From the NCBI RefSeq assembly GCF_009914755.1, contig NC_060930.1: a DNA stretch of 64,000 bases, one strand, 5' to 3'. A program made the position numbers and the translations under genes. Shown in pieces: positions 52,948 to 64,000 of this stretch. Under the pieces are notes generated by a model, which was not told the origin of the DNA, made no database searches, and saw nothing but the letters and a program-made list of their open reading frames with translations. The stretch's first letter is position 1. Each line of letters starts with the position of its first letter. Source of the DNA: the human T2T-CHM13v2.0 reference genome, Homo sapiens.

Positions 52948-55900
52948 GTAGGTCTTACAAAGACAAGAGTGCTGGTTGTCTTTGTCCCATGTTAGCAAAG
53001 CCTCAGAACCCATGAGTGCTGCTGATGGGCTGCAGTACCTGCACTGTAGTTGTGTAAGTATAGGGAGGGTGGGAGGAAGTTTTCTGTCCAGTTCGGGGTC
53101 CATCACAGAATGATGGCTTCCAGGTGCCTCTGCACTGTTAAGTGATATACTCCAATTATGTCTGCACTGCAGACAGCAAGATAGGGGGTCAGGTGAGACT
53201 TATCACTATTCCCAAACAGACAAACCACAATAGCAACAACAACAAAATCACACTCACAATTTGTTGAAGAAGTTTACATAGCAGAAATTAAAATATGAAA
53301 CAATCTCTAACCTCCATTCTATTCTCGAAAGGGTAAAAATTACCTTTCAAAGGGCTAAGTAACTTCTCCTTTAAATGAATCATAAAACTTTCTTATGTTC
53401 TTTGAAAATTCTCTATTTAACCCATCTGTGACCTTCTCAGAGGAGACATAGCACAGAATACATGCTATTTTACCTGGAACCTCACAGCAAAGGACATTAT
53501 CTAAAGCAAAAGCTGAAGACATGATGAAGCACCTAAATAAACCTTTAAATGTGTGCCCATTCACTCATGGCTCCTCTAATATTGCAAAATTTTTGAAGTA
53601 TTTTTCTCACCGAGTTTTAATAATTCCATCTCAAAAGACGTTTTACATTATACTCTGGTCAAATTTGTGAAAATCCAAGTGCACAGGCTTGCAATGAAGT
53701 TATCCCTTTATTATATAATGCAATATTTTATGAAGACTAATGCATGCACACACATACACACATGCACACACATGAAACCATGCCTTCCCAAGTACACTTA
53801 TTGATTTATATTTATTCTTTCTTTACAAACATAACAACTGCATAAAAATTCCCTAGGGCCATGTCCTTCAAAGGCTTAGGAAGAAAGTTCTTCTGTTGTC
53901 TATGATATAATTGGTATTGTTTTACATCTGTTATTAAAATGCAAAAAGGGTAGTTTTACACACTTGAGCTACCACTGAGCATGGCCACTTTGCATGTGTC
54001 TCTTATTTTCTATCTGTTCTAACGATATTCACAGGAAAACATACCTAAACTACAAATACTCATTATCAGAGGGACTGATAAAGGACTGCTCTGAAACTAT
54101 CTTGTTTTGAAGGTAAATCATGTGAAGAATGTTAACACATCCCACTTAGTATTCGAACTCCTATAGAAAAATACCTAATTATAATACCATTGTGTAGTAT
54201 TATATATATATTTATATATATACTACATATAATACCATTATATCTAAATATAATACTACTATATTGCATTTTAATAATGATGCCAATTATTTACATACTC
54301 ATTGTGTTACTCAAGCTTGCAAATTTACATAAAAGAACAAATGTCTTGGAAGGGCAGATATAAGCCTGAATTGCCAATATTAAGACAACAAAATGTTTCA
54401 TTGCTATTACCAGTCTATTTCTCAGGAAGTTTAATATCAAATTCCTTTATCCATACTATGTCCTAAAGTATCTAGCTCATTTACTCTCATGTGGATTTTG
54501 AGCTGGTACATTTTTCTTCGTTTCTAAAAAGTTCTGTAGAAAAATTGTGTAAATCCTAAGGGAACTTGGAGGCACAAGCTAAATAATTCTCACTATATTC
54601 TGAAACTTTGAGAAATTTTAAAACCTTCTTCTCCTCCCCAAACTGAAATCCTTTATTAGTGTGGATTGCTTTTATAAACGTTTATTGACCAGAACCAGAT
54701 CCAGGATTCTACCATGGTAGACAAGAAACAGTAGATTTGATTCAGCCATACTATTCTTTCACTCAATAATATCTATATTATTCCTATATCCTACTATATC
54801 CTATACATGGTATGTGCTCTTTCCTTGGAGAAAGCATTCTACAGTGGTCATGGTATAGTGATATAGTATACATGTACAATGATATAGTGGTCATAATATA
54901 ATATCATGGTGCTATATTATATTCTAAGATTTACTAAAAATAGTAATATGTATATGGATTCCATATAACTCTAAGACGGCATTACTATAAGTGAACTATT
55001 CTAGAAGTACTCAAAAGAATGTTTTATTGCATCTATAACATGCTCATAGAAATCAAAACTGCTGAAAGTTCTATCCACTTATATGAGAAAAAGATATACT
55101 TTATATTATTTTTTGTTATAATCTACTCCGTGAGTACAAAATATTTATTGTATTAGTAGAAGTGAAAGAAGTGAACAGAATGAGATGTTAGTCATTCATC
55201 CATAATGACTTCATGGAGTCATTATGAGTGTAATGTATTCCCATTAAAATGAATAGGTTAATTAATATCATTGAGCCTTTTTATGGGAATTAGGTTTGGA
55301 AACTAATCTGAGCCACTTGACTTGAAAATGGATAGTATGTAATGCTACTAGGTTTATCAATAAGAAAACTTATTAAAAATTTGCTTTTGCTTATTGTTTT
55401 ATCCCCTAATTATCTCATTTTTACATTAAAGATGCTGTATTGGAACTAAATTTTCATATTTTTAGTTACAAATTTTAGATAGTATTCATTTTATTCTCAT
55501 ATTCAGATTTTTCTCTCTTTAATTTGTAATAAAGTTAATTTTCTTTATTGGAACATCAGGGAAGTAAGCATAGTTAATAAAATCATAACAAGTATGAAGA
55601 ATACTATTTCTTTTTAAAATAAATGTTATTAGATATATAATATGCCTTCAGTACCACTAAAATTATGCTAAATGCCACTTTTTCTTAGAAAAATTTATAA
55701 AATACTTCAGGATTCACAATATCTGAAAAACATTATTATTAATATTTTATTATGAATACATCAAAAGTCAAATACAACTTGATGAACTAGAATAATAGTG
55801 ATGATAAATCTATGGAGAAGCCAAAATCCAGGGTAAAATAAAACAGATCACAATATTGTGCAAAGTGATTTAAATATAAGTTTATTAAACTATTACTCCG

Positions 55901-56142
55901 TACTTAGGAATACATTAATCACACAACAGAGTTTTATATGTAATGGTGGGTTTTTGATGCTATTATTAAAGTGATTGTCCACTATGGCAATATGTTAGAA
56001 TTTGGGGGTGAATGCACTGGAATGGTGAGATTTTGCCTTAACAAAGACTGAGTTCCCTATGAGATCCCCCAAAAAGGAATTGATCATTTTATCTTTGACT
56101 GGATTAGAACCCAGTTCACAGTGTTCTAAAAAACTTAGTGTG

Positions 56143-56414
56143 GGCCGGGTGCAGTGGCTCACGCCTGTAATCCCAGCACTTTGGGAGGCTGAAGCGGGTG
56201 GATCATGAGGTCAAGAGATCGAGGCGAACCTGGCCAACACGGTGAAACCCCGTCTCTACTAAAAATACAAAATTAGCTGGGCATGGTGGCGCACGCCCGC
56301 AGTCCCAGCTACTCAGGGCAGGAGAATTGCTTGAACCCGGGAGGCAGAGGTTGAAGTGAGCCAAGATCCCGCCACTGCACTCTAGCCTGGCCACAGAGTG
56401 AGACTTTGTCTAAA

Positions 56415-56441
<27 letters not shown>
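56143..56441 (+). mobile_element. AluSc-like with (CAAAA)n tail
   Basis: GGATCATGAGGTCAAGAGATCGAG (Sc diagnostic). Perfect 15-bp TSD AAAAAACTTAGTGTG at 56128-56142 and 56442-56456. Confidence 0.92.
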
Positions 56442-56450
<9 letters not shown>

Positions 56451-56705
56451 AGTGTGAACACTGAGCTTGATGAGGCCAAATCCAGCCCAACCTTAGCCAG
56501 ATGCTCAGGCTTCCCAAATGAGTAAGACTGTGAACGAAAGAAAAGGGAGCATGAGAACATGAAGACTAGCTTGAACTTGAATTAATAAAAGTAGAAAAGA
56601 CGCTAAACAAACAGTCGGCAAATGGTGAGTGCCTGGCCCTAGTTCCCAGAAAGAAAAGAAGAAGGAATAAAGGCAGGAGGGAGCTAGGGAGAGACCGAGG
56701 AAGGA

Positions 56706-56725
56706 GGGAGGGAGGGAGGGAGGGA
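56706..56725 (+). repeat. (GGGA)5, predicted G-quadruplex
   Basis: Five GGG tracts with 1-nt loops. Confidence 0.75.
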
Positions 56726-58654
56726 AATGTTAACATCAGGTAAGAGAGTAGAAGTGAAGGAGCTAAAAACGGAGGGCGATTAAAACAAAATACCACGCAT
56801 TATAAAATTTAAGTTTTAATTATTATAGAGAAGAAACTAGGTTTTTTTTTACCATTCTGATTAGAAATGGACATATAACATTTAATCTCCCAGTAAATGG
56901 AAGATAGTATTTTTTAGCAGCTCAAGAGTAACTTTATGATACCATTTGTGTAAACTGATATTCTCAAAGAATAGTTTAATATGGCGAGAATGGATTAACT
57001 TGAGGAAACAAATGGTCTTACTGGTACTTCTATTTATGGTTTGATCTTTTGATAATCATAGAAGGTTAAAGATAGAGGATTTTCGCAATTTATCTAGTTC
57101 AACTCCCTGCTTAATGCTCATATAATTTATTCACTCTTAGCCACATAGATGATGAATTGAAAACTACTCTGATTCCAATCTACTGTTGTTTAACACATTC
57201 TTTCACCTCAATGATTTTTCTTTAAGTTAAACGTATTAATCAACATCTTGAAAACTTTGGGCAACTTTTACAGATAATTCTTGTTTACCATTTATCCAAG
57301 ATCAAAAGGAGTGTCTTTCTTTCTTTGATAATTACAAACTACAAATAAAAATGGTATATTTTAAAACTCATTTGGAACATTCCAAACCAATTCTTGTAAT
57401 GAAAGCTCAGTTTTTGTTTACAAACATAAAATTTCAAATAAAACACTAATTTTCAACAGAGTTTTAAGAAAAATATATTTTTATTACACTGAAGTTTTCA
57501 AGAGTATAAACTGCTAACCATTATATTTTACCAGATACATAATGTTAGTCTCCATTACATGTGATTGGCACAATCATGTACTATAATAAAATCTGTCAGT
57601 GTGGCATTTTTTTTTTAATTTGACAGTTTTCTAAAAAATCTTGCTCTGGAAACCAATTAAAACTTGATATTTTCCACTCTATTGTATCTCTTTATAGAAT
57701 TTTGGTTAACAGGGAACTCCCTGATAATTTCTTTCTAGCAATAGTAAATTGACAGCACAATGTAATTAAATAACCTAAAAACAATCCTTTCAAAAAACCA
57801 CTCCCTATCTGCTATTAGCCAATGCCTGTGCTAATGTGACAGACATGTCATTTTGGGACAGGCATTTTAAGTCCACTGAATCAGCATTTCACTTAGTTGT
57901 GGGATCACTTCTTTCAAAGATTCAATATGAGGAAAAAATGCTGCACTACTGGAAATGGCATACAGACAAGTGTCATAATGCTTGACAATAACTATTTTTT
58001 AAAACTGGTATTGTCAATAAGCTTATGTTTAGAAATTCCAAAACTAAAGTTAAAATCAAAACAGAAAGAGATGTTTGGGAAAGAATGGCAAAGAAGCAAT
58101 CACCAATTATCTTGGCAAATTATAATTTAAAAGAGGGCTATTAAGTTTCGATATCAGTAGAATCAATGTGATTCAAATCACTCTCTTTACAGTAATTAAT
58201 TTTTGTTCTTTAATATTGATGCCTCCTCAAAGTGTTTTAAAACATAAATTAATATCTAATGATATTTGGCTTAATTTTTTTGAGAATACAGATATCTCTA
58301 CTTTCTCCTGAGATATAAATTTAATTAAGAACATTAATCCATTAAGAGGGTTGAAAAATGTCTAACAATGCTCAGGAAGATGTATGTTTGTTTTTTTCTT
58401 TTCTACTGAAAACACATAGTCTCACTCTACGTGTTGTTTCTTAGCTATAAAATAATAGGGCTTGGCTATTTGGTCTTAGACTGTGACATAATATCTCTCA
58501 TACAGATTCAACGATCTGCTTCTAACACCAGAAGTTAAAGCAAGAATCTTTCCCTAGAAATTTATATTGTAAGATTTGATTGCCTAATAGGATGCTATTA
58601 TAAAAGATGCCAATTAAAAAATATTGGAACTACCAACAAAGAACTATTTTTTAT

Positions 58655-58760
58655 TTGTTAAAAAAAAGATTCATTGAGTAACCACCATGTGCAGTACACT
58701 GGACTCAAAACAATGAATGACATACTATCCAAGACTATATAGAACTCAAGCTCCACACGG
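58655..58760 (-). mobile_element. L2 3' tail fragment
   Basis: ATTCATTGAGTAACCACCATGTGCAGTACACTGGACTCAAAACAATGAATGACATA. Confidence 0.5.
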
Positions 58761-59417
58761 AATTTTCCATAGTTTTTGCTTTCAGTTTTTATTGAATATT
58801 TGCTGTGGCTTCCACTTGTTTGGCCATAATCAAGTGGATGCATATATGAAAAACAATTAATTGGTGAAGCAGCATTTCAATCAAACTATATTCATTATAT
58901 AATTTCCCTGTTAAAATGAAGCTTATGAAATATTGAGAAAGCCTGATTTAAAGAAATAAGATTATTCAGACTACTTAGAAAAAATGCATTTTAAAAATTG
59001 CGCCAGTAATTACTTTTGTAATACAGTAAAACAACTTCTTGTAAAATATACTATCATGTCCTCAAATTGATTTAATTCTGGGTAATACCAAAAGGTAAAA
59101 GAAAACTCCAAGTTTTTATAAAATTGTCTTAAAAGTAGATTGATTGTTCTGATGAGGTTGTTTGTGAATAATGTTTAAAAGTTTTTTTTATAAAAGAAGC
59201 CAGACTATAAAATGATTAGGAGCAACTAAGCTTAGAATTTATATCAAAATATATAACTGAAAAACTATCTAACCATCTTTTATAACAAATAGACCATTGT
59301 GCCGGGAAGAACAGAATAGACTCTTCCCAATTTCAGATAATTGTTTTATACAAATTCTCTATATACATTTATTAGTTTGAGGTTTCATTTATATACGTTG
59401 TTACTCTACACATTGTC

Positions 59418-59522
59418 ACAAATATCCATTGAATACCTACTATGTTACCGACACTGTTATAGAAACCAGATGTGGTAGTGAGGACATAAATTCACTATTA
59501 TCATGAAGCATTCATTCTACAC
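59418..59522 (-). mobile_element. L2 3' tail fragment
   Basis: ACAAATATCCATTGAATACCTACTATGTTACCGACACTGTTATAG...ATCATGAAGCATTCATTCTA. Confidence 0.6.
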
Positions 59523-60649
59523 TGTAAAAAAGAGTAGGCAAAAAGTTGGGGTCAAAAATTTCAATAATCACTGGTAAAATTTGATGTTTTGGGAATTTCA
59601 AATAAACTGTCATTTTTTAAAGTGTCCTATGTTTTTCACTGTCCAAGTTACAAGTATACTCATTAGAAAAGCCTGGGGGTGCTGCCTGACATGCAATTTG
59701 AGAGTACAATATTTTGAGGAAAAGATCCGGTATGAAAAGGCACAGAAGCAGATGCAAGTGAAGGAGCTCATTAAGATCCATTTGTAATTGAAGACTAAAA
59801 GTCAAAAGAGTATGAGTAAATGAAAGAATATAATTATCAAGGATTGTAATGAATCAAAAGGGAAAATGCATCTAAACATACTAGATAATAAATTCAATTT
59901 ATATATATAGGCCTAACACATAAGAATCAGTCACCAAAACACTGGATAAAAATAAATATACATATTTCAGAATGTGATTTATAAATATTGTATATATGCA
60001 TTTACAACAGTTTTTAAAATATCTATATGTTTTAATAATAACTGCAGTAGGTACTTGTTAATCCTATTTAATATCAACAGGCAGGCATTATCATACCTCA
60101 CACAAGCAGGAATATTTTATAGATGAGCCAGATCACCCCCTCTTCATCTCAACTTTACCCTCTTGACTATAAATGCCTATTTCCCAGCAGAAACAGAGGT
60201 GTTTACTTTGTCAAATAATAATATTAGTCAAATCCACATGAAGTTTTGTTCCTGGAACACAGTTGTGTCCATAATACAGATGTGGATTACCTATTAATAA
60301 TAATTTCATAATTCCTGGCTTATTTTCCCTTTTAATTTAGATATTCTTGTTACATACAAGTAGACGCAAACTGTCATTACCTATAAATTTTTCTAGAACA
60401 TTCAGGATCCATTTTGCTTCAGAGAAATGTCCCTGATTATTGGCAGCACATAATTTTTAAGAAAACCATGTCTGTTGTAGTCAGACTGAAAAACTCTCAG
60501 TATCTGGGAAGTGGTCACTTCTAGGAACTGCCACAGACATGATAGGCTGGCCTTCCAGAGAGCTATTGCAAGGTCTTTTTCCTATTTGGGTACTAGAGAG
60601 ACAACACCAAGGGTGAACAGAGAGAATAGATTACAAAGCAGCTAGAAAG

Positions 60650-60845
60650 AATAATAATAATACTAGAAAGCATTTTAGGGGCATTTATACATATGCCAGG
60701 TCCTGTTTTAAGTACTTTATGTATAAAAATTTACTTAATCTTCACAACAACCCTACAATGTAGATGCTGTTACTATCCCTATTTTATAGGGGCCAAAACT
60801 GAAATACAGTGAGATGAAGTAGCTTCTTCCAGACTGTCCAGAAAG
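60650..60845 (-). mobile_element. MIR
   Basis: ATATGCCAGGTCCTGTTTTAAGTACTTTAT...TTAATCTTCACAACAACCCTACAATGTAG...TATCCCTATTTTATAG. Confidence 0.75.
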
Positions 60846-60973
60846 AGGGCTAGGAAATAAATTTTTAAAAAGTAAAACAAAGCACATTACCTGGAGATCT
60901 ATCATAATGGAAAGGTAATTAAACTAAGGGTTCACAGAGGGTTATAGATTATAATGCTACATGCTTGAAAGAC

Positions 60974-61486
60974 TGTGATGTTTAATTTTAGTTGTCAACT
61001 TGAGTGGATTAAGACATACCTAGAGATATGGCAAAGCATTACTTCTGAGTGTGTCTGCTAGGGTGTTTCCAGAGGAGATTGGTGAGGGAGTTGCACTGAA
61101 TAGGGAAGATCCACCTTCAACGTGAGCAGGCACCATTCAATTGGCTGGAGGCCCAGTAGAACAAAAGAGGAGAGAAAAGTTGAGTTTTTTTTTTTCTTTC
61201 TCTTCTGGAGCTGAAAAACTCTTCTGCCCTGGGACATTAGTACTCCAGGCTCTTCTGCCTTGGGACTTTAGATCTTATGCCAGAAGACCTCTGGTTCTCA
61301 GGCCCTCAACCTTGGACTGAAAATTACATGATTAGCTTCTCTAGTTTTGAGGCCTCCAGACTGGGATTGAGCTATGCAACCAGCATTGCAGGGTCTTCAG
61401 CTTGCAAGATGGCCTGTCATGAGACTTCTGTTCCATAATCTAGTTCCCTAATAAATTCCCCTAATAAGTTACCATCTGTCTATCTA

Positions 61487-61524
<38 letters not shown>

Positions 61525-61567
61525 GCTATCTCCTATTGATTCTATCTCTCTGGAGAACCCTAATACA
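60974..61567 (+). mobile_element. MLT2B-like (ERVL) solo LTR with internal (CT)n at ~61491-61522
   Basis: TGTGATGTTTAATTTTAGTTGTCAACTTGAGTGGATTAAG ... TCCTATTGATTCTATCTCTCTGGAGAACCCTAATACA. Confidence 0.88.
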
Positions 61568-61859
61568 GACTTCAGCAAGTTTAAAAACAACTTTACTGGA
61601 GCTTCATTGGTGAGCAAATATAAAGCTAATTTCAAATGAGTAAAACATAAATAAAAAAAATTAACTACCATTACTAAGCACCAACTATTTCCTAAGCACT
61701 GTCTAAAATAATGGGCTTGTAAAGATTTAAAAAAATTCACATCATTGAAGAGTGTAAAATCCAGTGGGAAAGAGGTATATTAAAAAGCAGTTGTAACTCG
61801 ACCTGATAAGCCTATGATGGACGGCTATAAGAAGCATGAAGAGAGCATAGAAAAAAATG

Positions 61860-62150
61860 AACCAATATGTTTTTCCCACAAAGGAAAGACATTCAGAGCC
61901 AGAAGCTGAAGAATGAACAAGACTGCAAGTGAGTAATGGTGGAAGGCATTCCAAGCAGAAAGAACATTATGAGAAAGGGCAATGGAGAGTGAGAAAGCAT
62001 ACTGAAAGAATTAGAAATATTTCAGTATCACTCAAGTTTTACCCTACAATAGAGAACTTGTAGATGATGCTGCTGGACAGGAAGCAAAATGCAAAGCAGT
62101 TTAAAAGTTACAGAGGCACATGAACGAATTTTGTACCTGACAGTCTGGAG
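61860..62150 (-). mobile_element. L2 fragment
   Basis: GAAAGACATTCAGAGCCAGAAGCTGAAGAATGA...GAAGGCATTCCAAGCAGAAAGAACATTATGAGAAAGGGC. Confidence 0.6.
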
Positions 62151-62579
62151 GCAGAAAATAATGAGCCCATATTATTTAATATAAAAACTATAATCACTGT
62201 CTTCTTTGATTCAACCTGGCTTTATCAAATGGCAGATAAAGCCAAAAAGTGAAAGATTCTAATTGGAATCTGTTAGCAAATAAACAACTGAGTGGATAAA
62301 AATTGATGACATAGGTTTAGTGTGTAGAGAAGTCTCTGAAATAAGTAAACGTGTATAGCTGGAATTCTGGCAGAAATTTAATCTGGAGATGCTAAAAGAG
62401 ATATATCCCAAGTTGGAGTGGACATTTAAAAGTCATATATTTATTTTATCAGAAATATATATGTAAATATAGTTTACTGTGGCTCAAATTACAAAAATTT
62501 GCAAGACAGTAGCATAGTGTATGCAGTGCATAGATAAGTGATAAAAGTAATAAGCTGGATTCAGTCCATAAAAAACTAT

Positions 62580-62720
62580 TTAACCAATTCATCAATATTT
62601 ATACATTATTCAGTATATCAGCAAATATTTACCATGTACCATATTCAACAGCATATTCAAAGTACTGAATATTAAAAAGTGTATGCCATACATTGCCCTG
62701 CTACATCAGAAAGGCATATA
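62580..62720 (-). mobile_element. L2 tail fragment
   Basis: TCAGCAAATATTTACCATGTACCATATTCAACAGCAT...CATTGCCCTGCT. Confidence 0.35.
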
Positions 62721-63119
62721 AAGTCTGTCTGTTATTATAATAAAACATATGAATAACAAATATTAAATAAATTAAATTAAAGGCAAACTCAAACTATAAA
62801 AACTGTCATAAGACTCAAAGTTGTTTGAAATTTAAGCCAGCAAGTGACCATTTTATTTGGCAGATGATTATTAAAAATGCTGGAAATTACTGAGAAATAT
62901 AATATTTCACTACGTATTCAAACATTCAAGATGGGCACAATTTTGACAAAGTGATATGATCAACATAGACATATGTAAAATCAGGTTGGAGATTGATCAA
63001 GTGAATTGATGTTAATGATTAAAAGTTAAATTGAAATTAAGAATCTGAATGTAATACCATTTAAGGTAATGTATTATTATATATTCATTTCAATGCAACA
63101 TTTTATTGTTGTATTTTAT

Positions 63120-63990
63120 TATTCTATTTTTTTGGCCTTTCTTACTTGGAAATTCAATGAACATAATACCCATTGACTGTCTTCTATATCTATCATTTTT
63201 TCTCTACTCTTTTAAATAATATGTTTATTAAGTTTTCTTGATTCTATCGTCTGTGTCTGTTACTGGCTTTATGTAAGGTCTGTTCTCTTTTGTGCTCATT
63301 GTACTTTAGTCTTCATTTTTCAAATGATTTTGTCTCTTTCTTCTGTTTATTTCCTGAATTCTGCATGTTTTTGTTACATCCTATGGTTTGGCCATATTGT
63401 CTCAGAAATTGTGCATATGTTCTTTCTGGTCATCTTTCATAAAAGTGATTGCTTCTTTCATTTATTTTTTAATTCATGTTGGAATGTTTACTTTGTGGCA
63501 TTATCTTTCTGGTAAGTTTAATAACCTGTAACAAAATTGTACTATTTTTATCTTGTCATCTGTAATATTTTTGTATGAATGTGGTATATTTTTATTTTGT
63601 GGTTATCTGAATGGCTGCATTTTGCTAATCAACTCTTTGTAAGCATTTGCTCTGGAAGGGATGAGTGGGCCAGGGTGCTTCCCAGACTTTTCTGCTCATG
63701 AACTCCCTCTTGTGTTGCTGCTGTTGCTAATGATTGTTGCCATGTCTTCTGCACTTTTCCTACCCAAACTTGGTTCAAAGGTTTTTAATAACAGATCTGA
63801 GCTTCAAGTTTCTTCACAAGCTGTTGGCTGGAATGAGACACAGTCTGGACTTTATGGCAATTCAATTAATATTTACAAGAGACATTTTGCTTTTACCTTC
63901 TGAGTTTCCATTTCTGGATCACACTGATCTTTCCATATTGTCTCTCAGTTTGCTTACCTGACATTCAAGACTTGTCCATTCTTAGCCTTC
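63120..63990 (-). mobile_element. HAL1/L1ME-type ORF1 and 5' region
   Basis: T-rich antisense ORF1-like text (TGTCTTCTATATCTATCATTTTTTCTCT; TTCTTCTGTTTATTTCCTGAATTCTGC). Confidence 0.45.
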
Positions 63991-64000
63991 ATCAACAGCC

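Noticed and set aside
54181-54260. AT-rich hairpin flanked by an ATAATACCATT direct repeat as a mini-insertion with TSD
   Set aside because: Too low-complexity to distinguish from TA-microsatellite noise.
63661-63903. 80-aa ORF with a signal-peptide-like leucine run
   Set aside because: Lies in T-rich antisense ancient-L1-like sequence, which yields hydrophobic peptides by composition; no other support.

Overview
AT-rich catarrhine-primate (most likely human) genomic DNA from a gene desert or a very large intron. I recognise no host protein-coding exon, RNA gene or CRISPR array. The long ORFs come from LINE-1 ORF1/ORF2 or Tigger1 transposase; the rest are Alu/microsatellite or chance read-throughs. 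Roughly half the window is transposon-derived. It holds a full-length but dead L1PA5/PA4-like element with an 11-bp TSD (11217-17396) and a near-full-length L1MA2/3-like element (28801-36032). It also holds 5'-truncated L1PA8, L1PA7, L1MA9, L1MA6, L1MB, L1MC and L1ME/HAL1 pieces, a full-length Tigger1, five Alus plus an Alu monomer, MER77/THE1D/MLT1J/MLT2B LTRs, and MIR/L2/L3 relics. Subfamily names come from recalled consensus diagnostics and need RepeatMasker/Dfam confirmation. The most unusual signal is a set of five templated-insertion (template-switch) scars inside otherwise ordinary repeats. The best is an AluJ whose 3' end was rebuilt from a unique 31-nt template 2.96 kb away plus an inverted copy of itself. 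Also notable: a (GGAA)17(GAAA)15 microsatellite, a ~740-bp A/T tract adjoining an Alu tail, a TALE-motif cluster, and a few candidate non-coding exons. I found no evidence for a new gene system.
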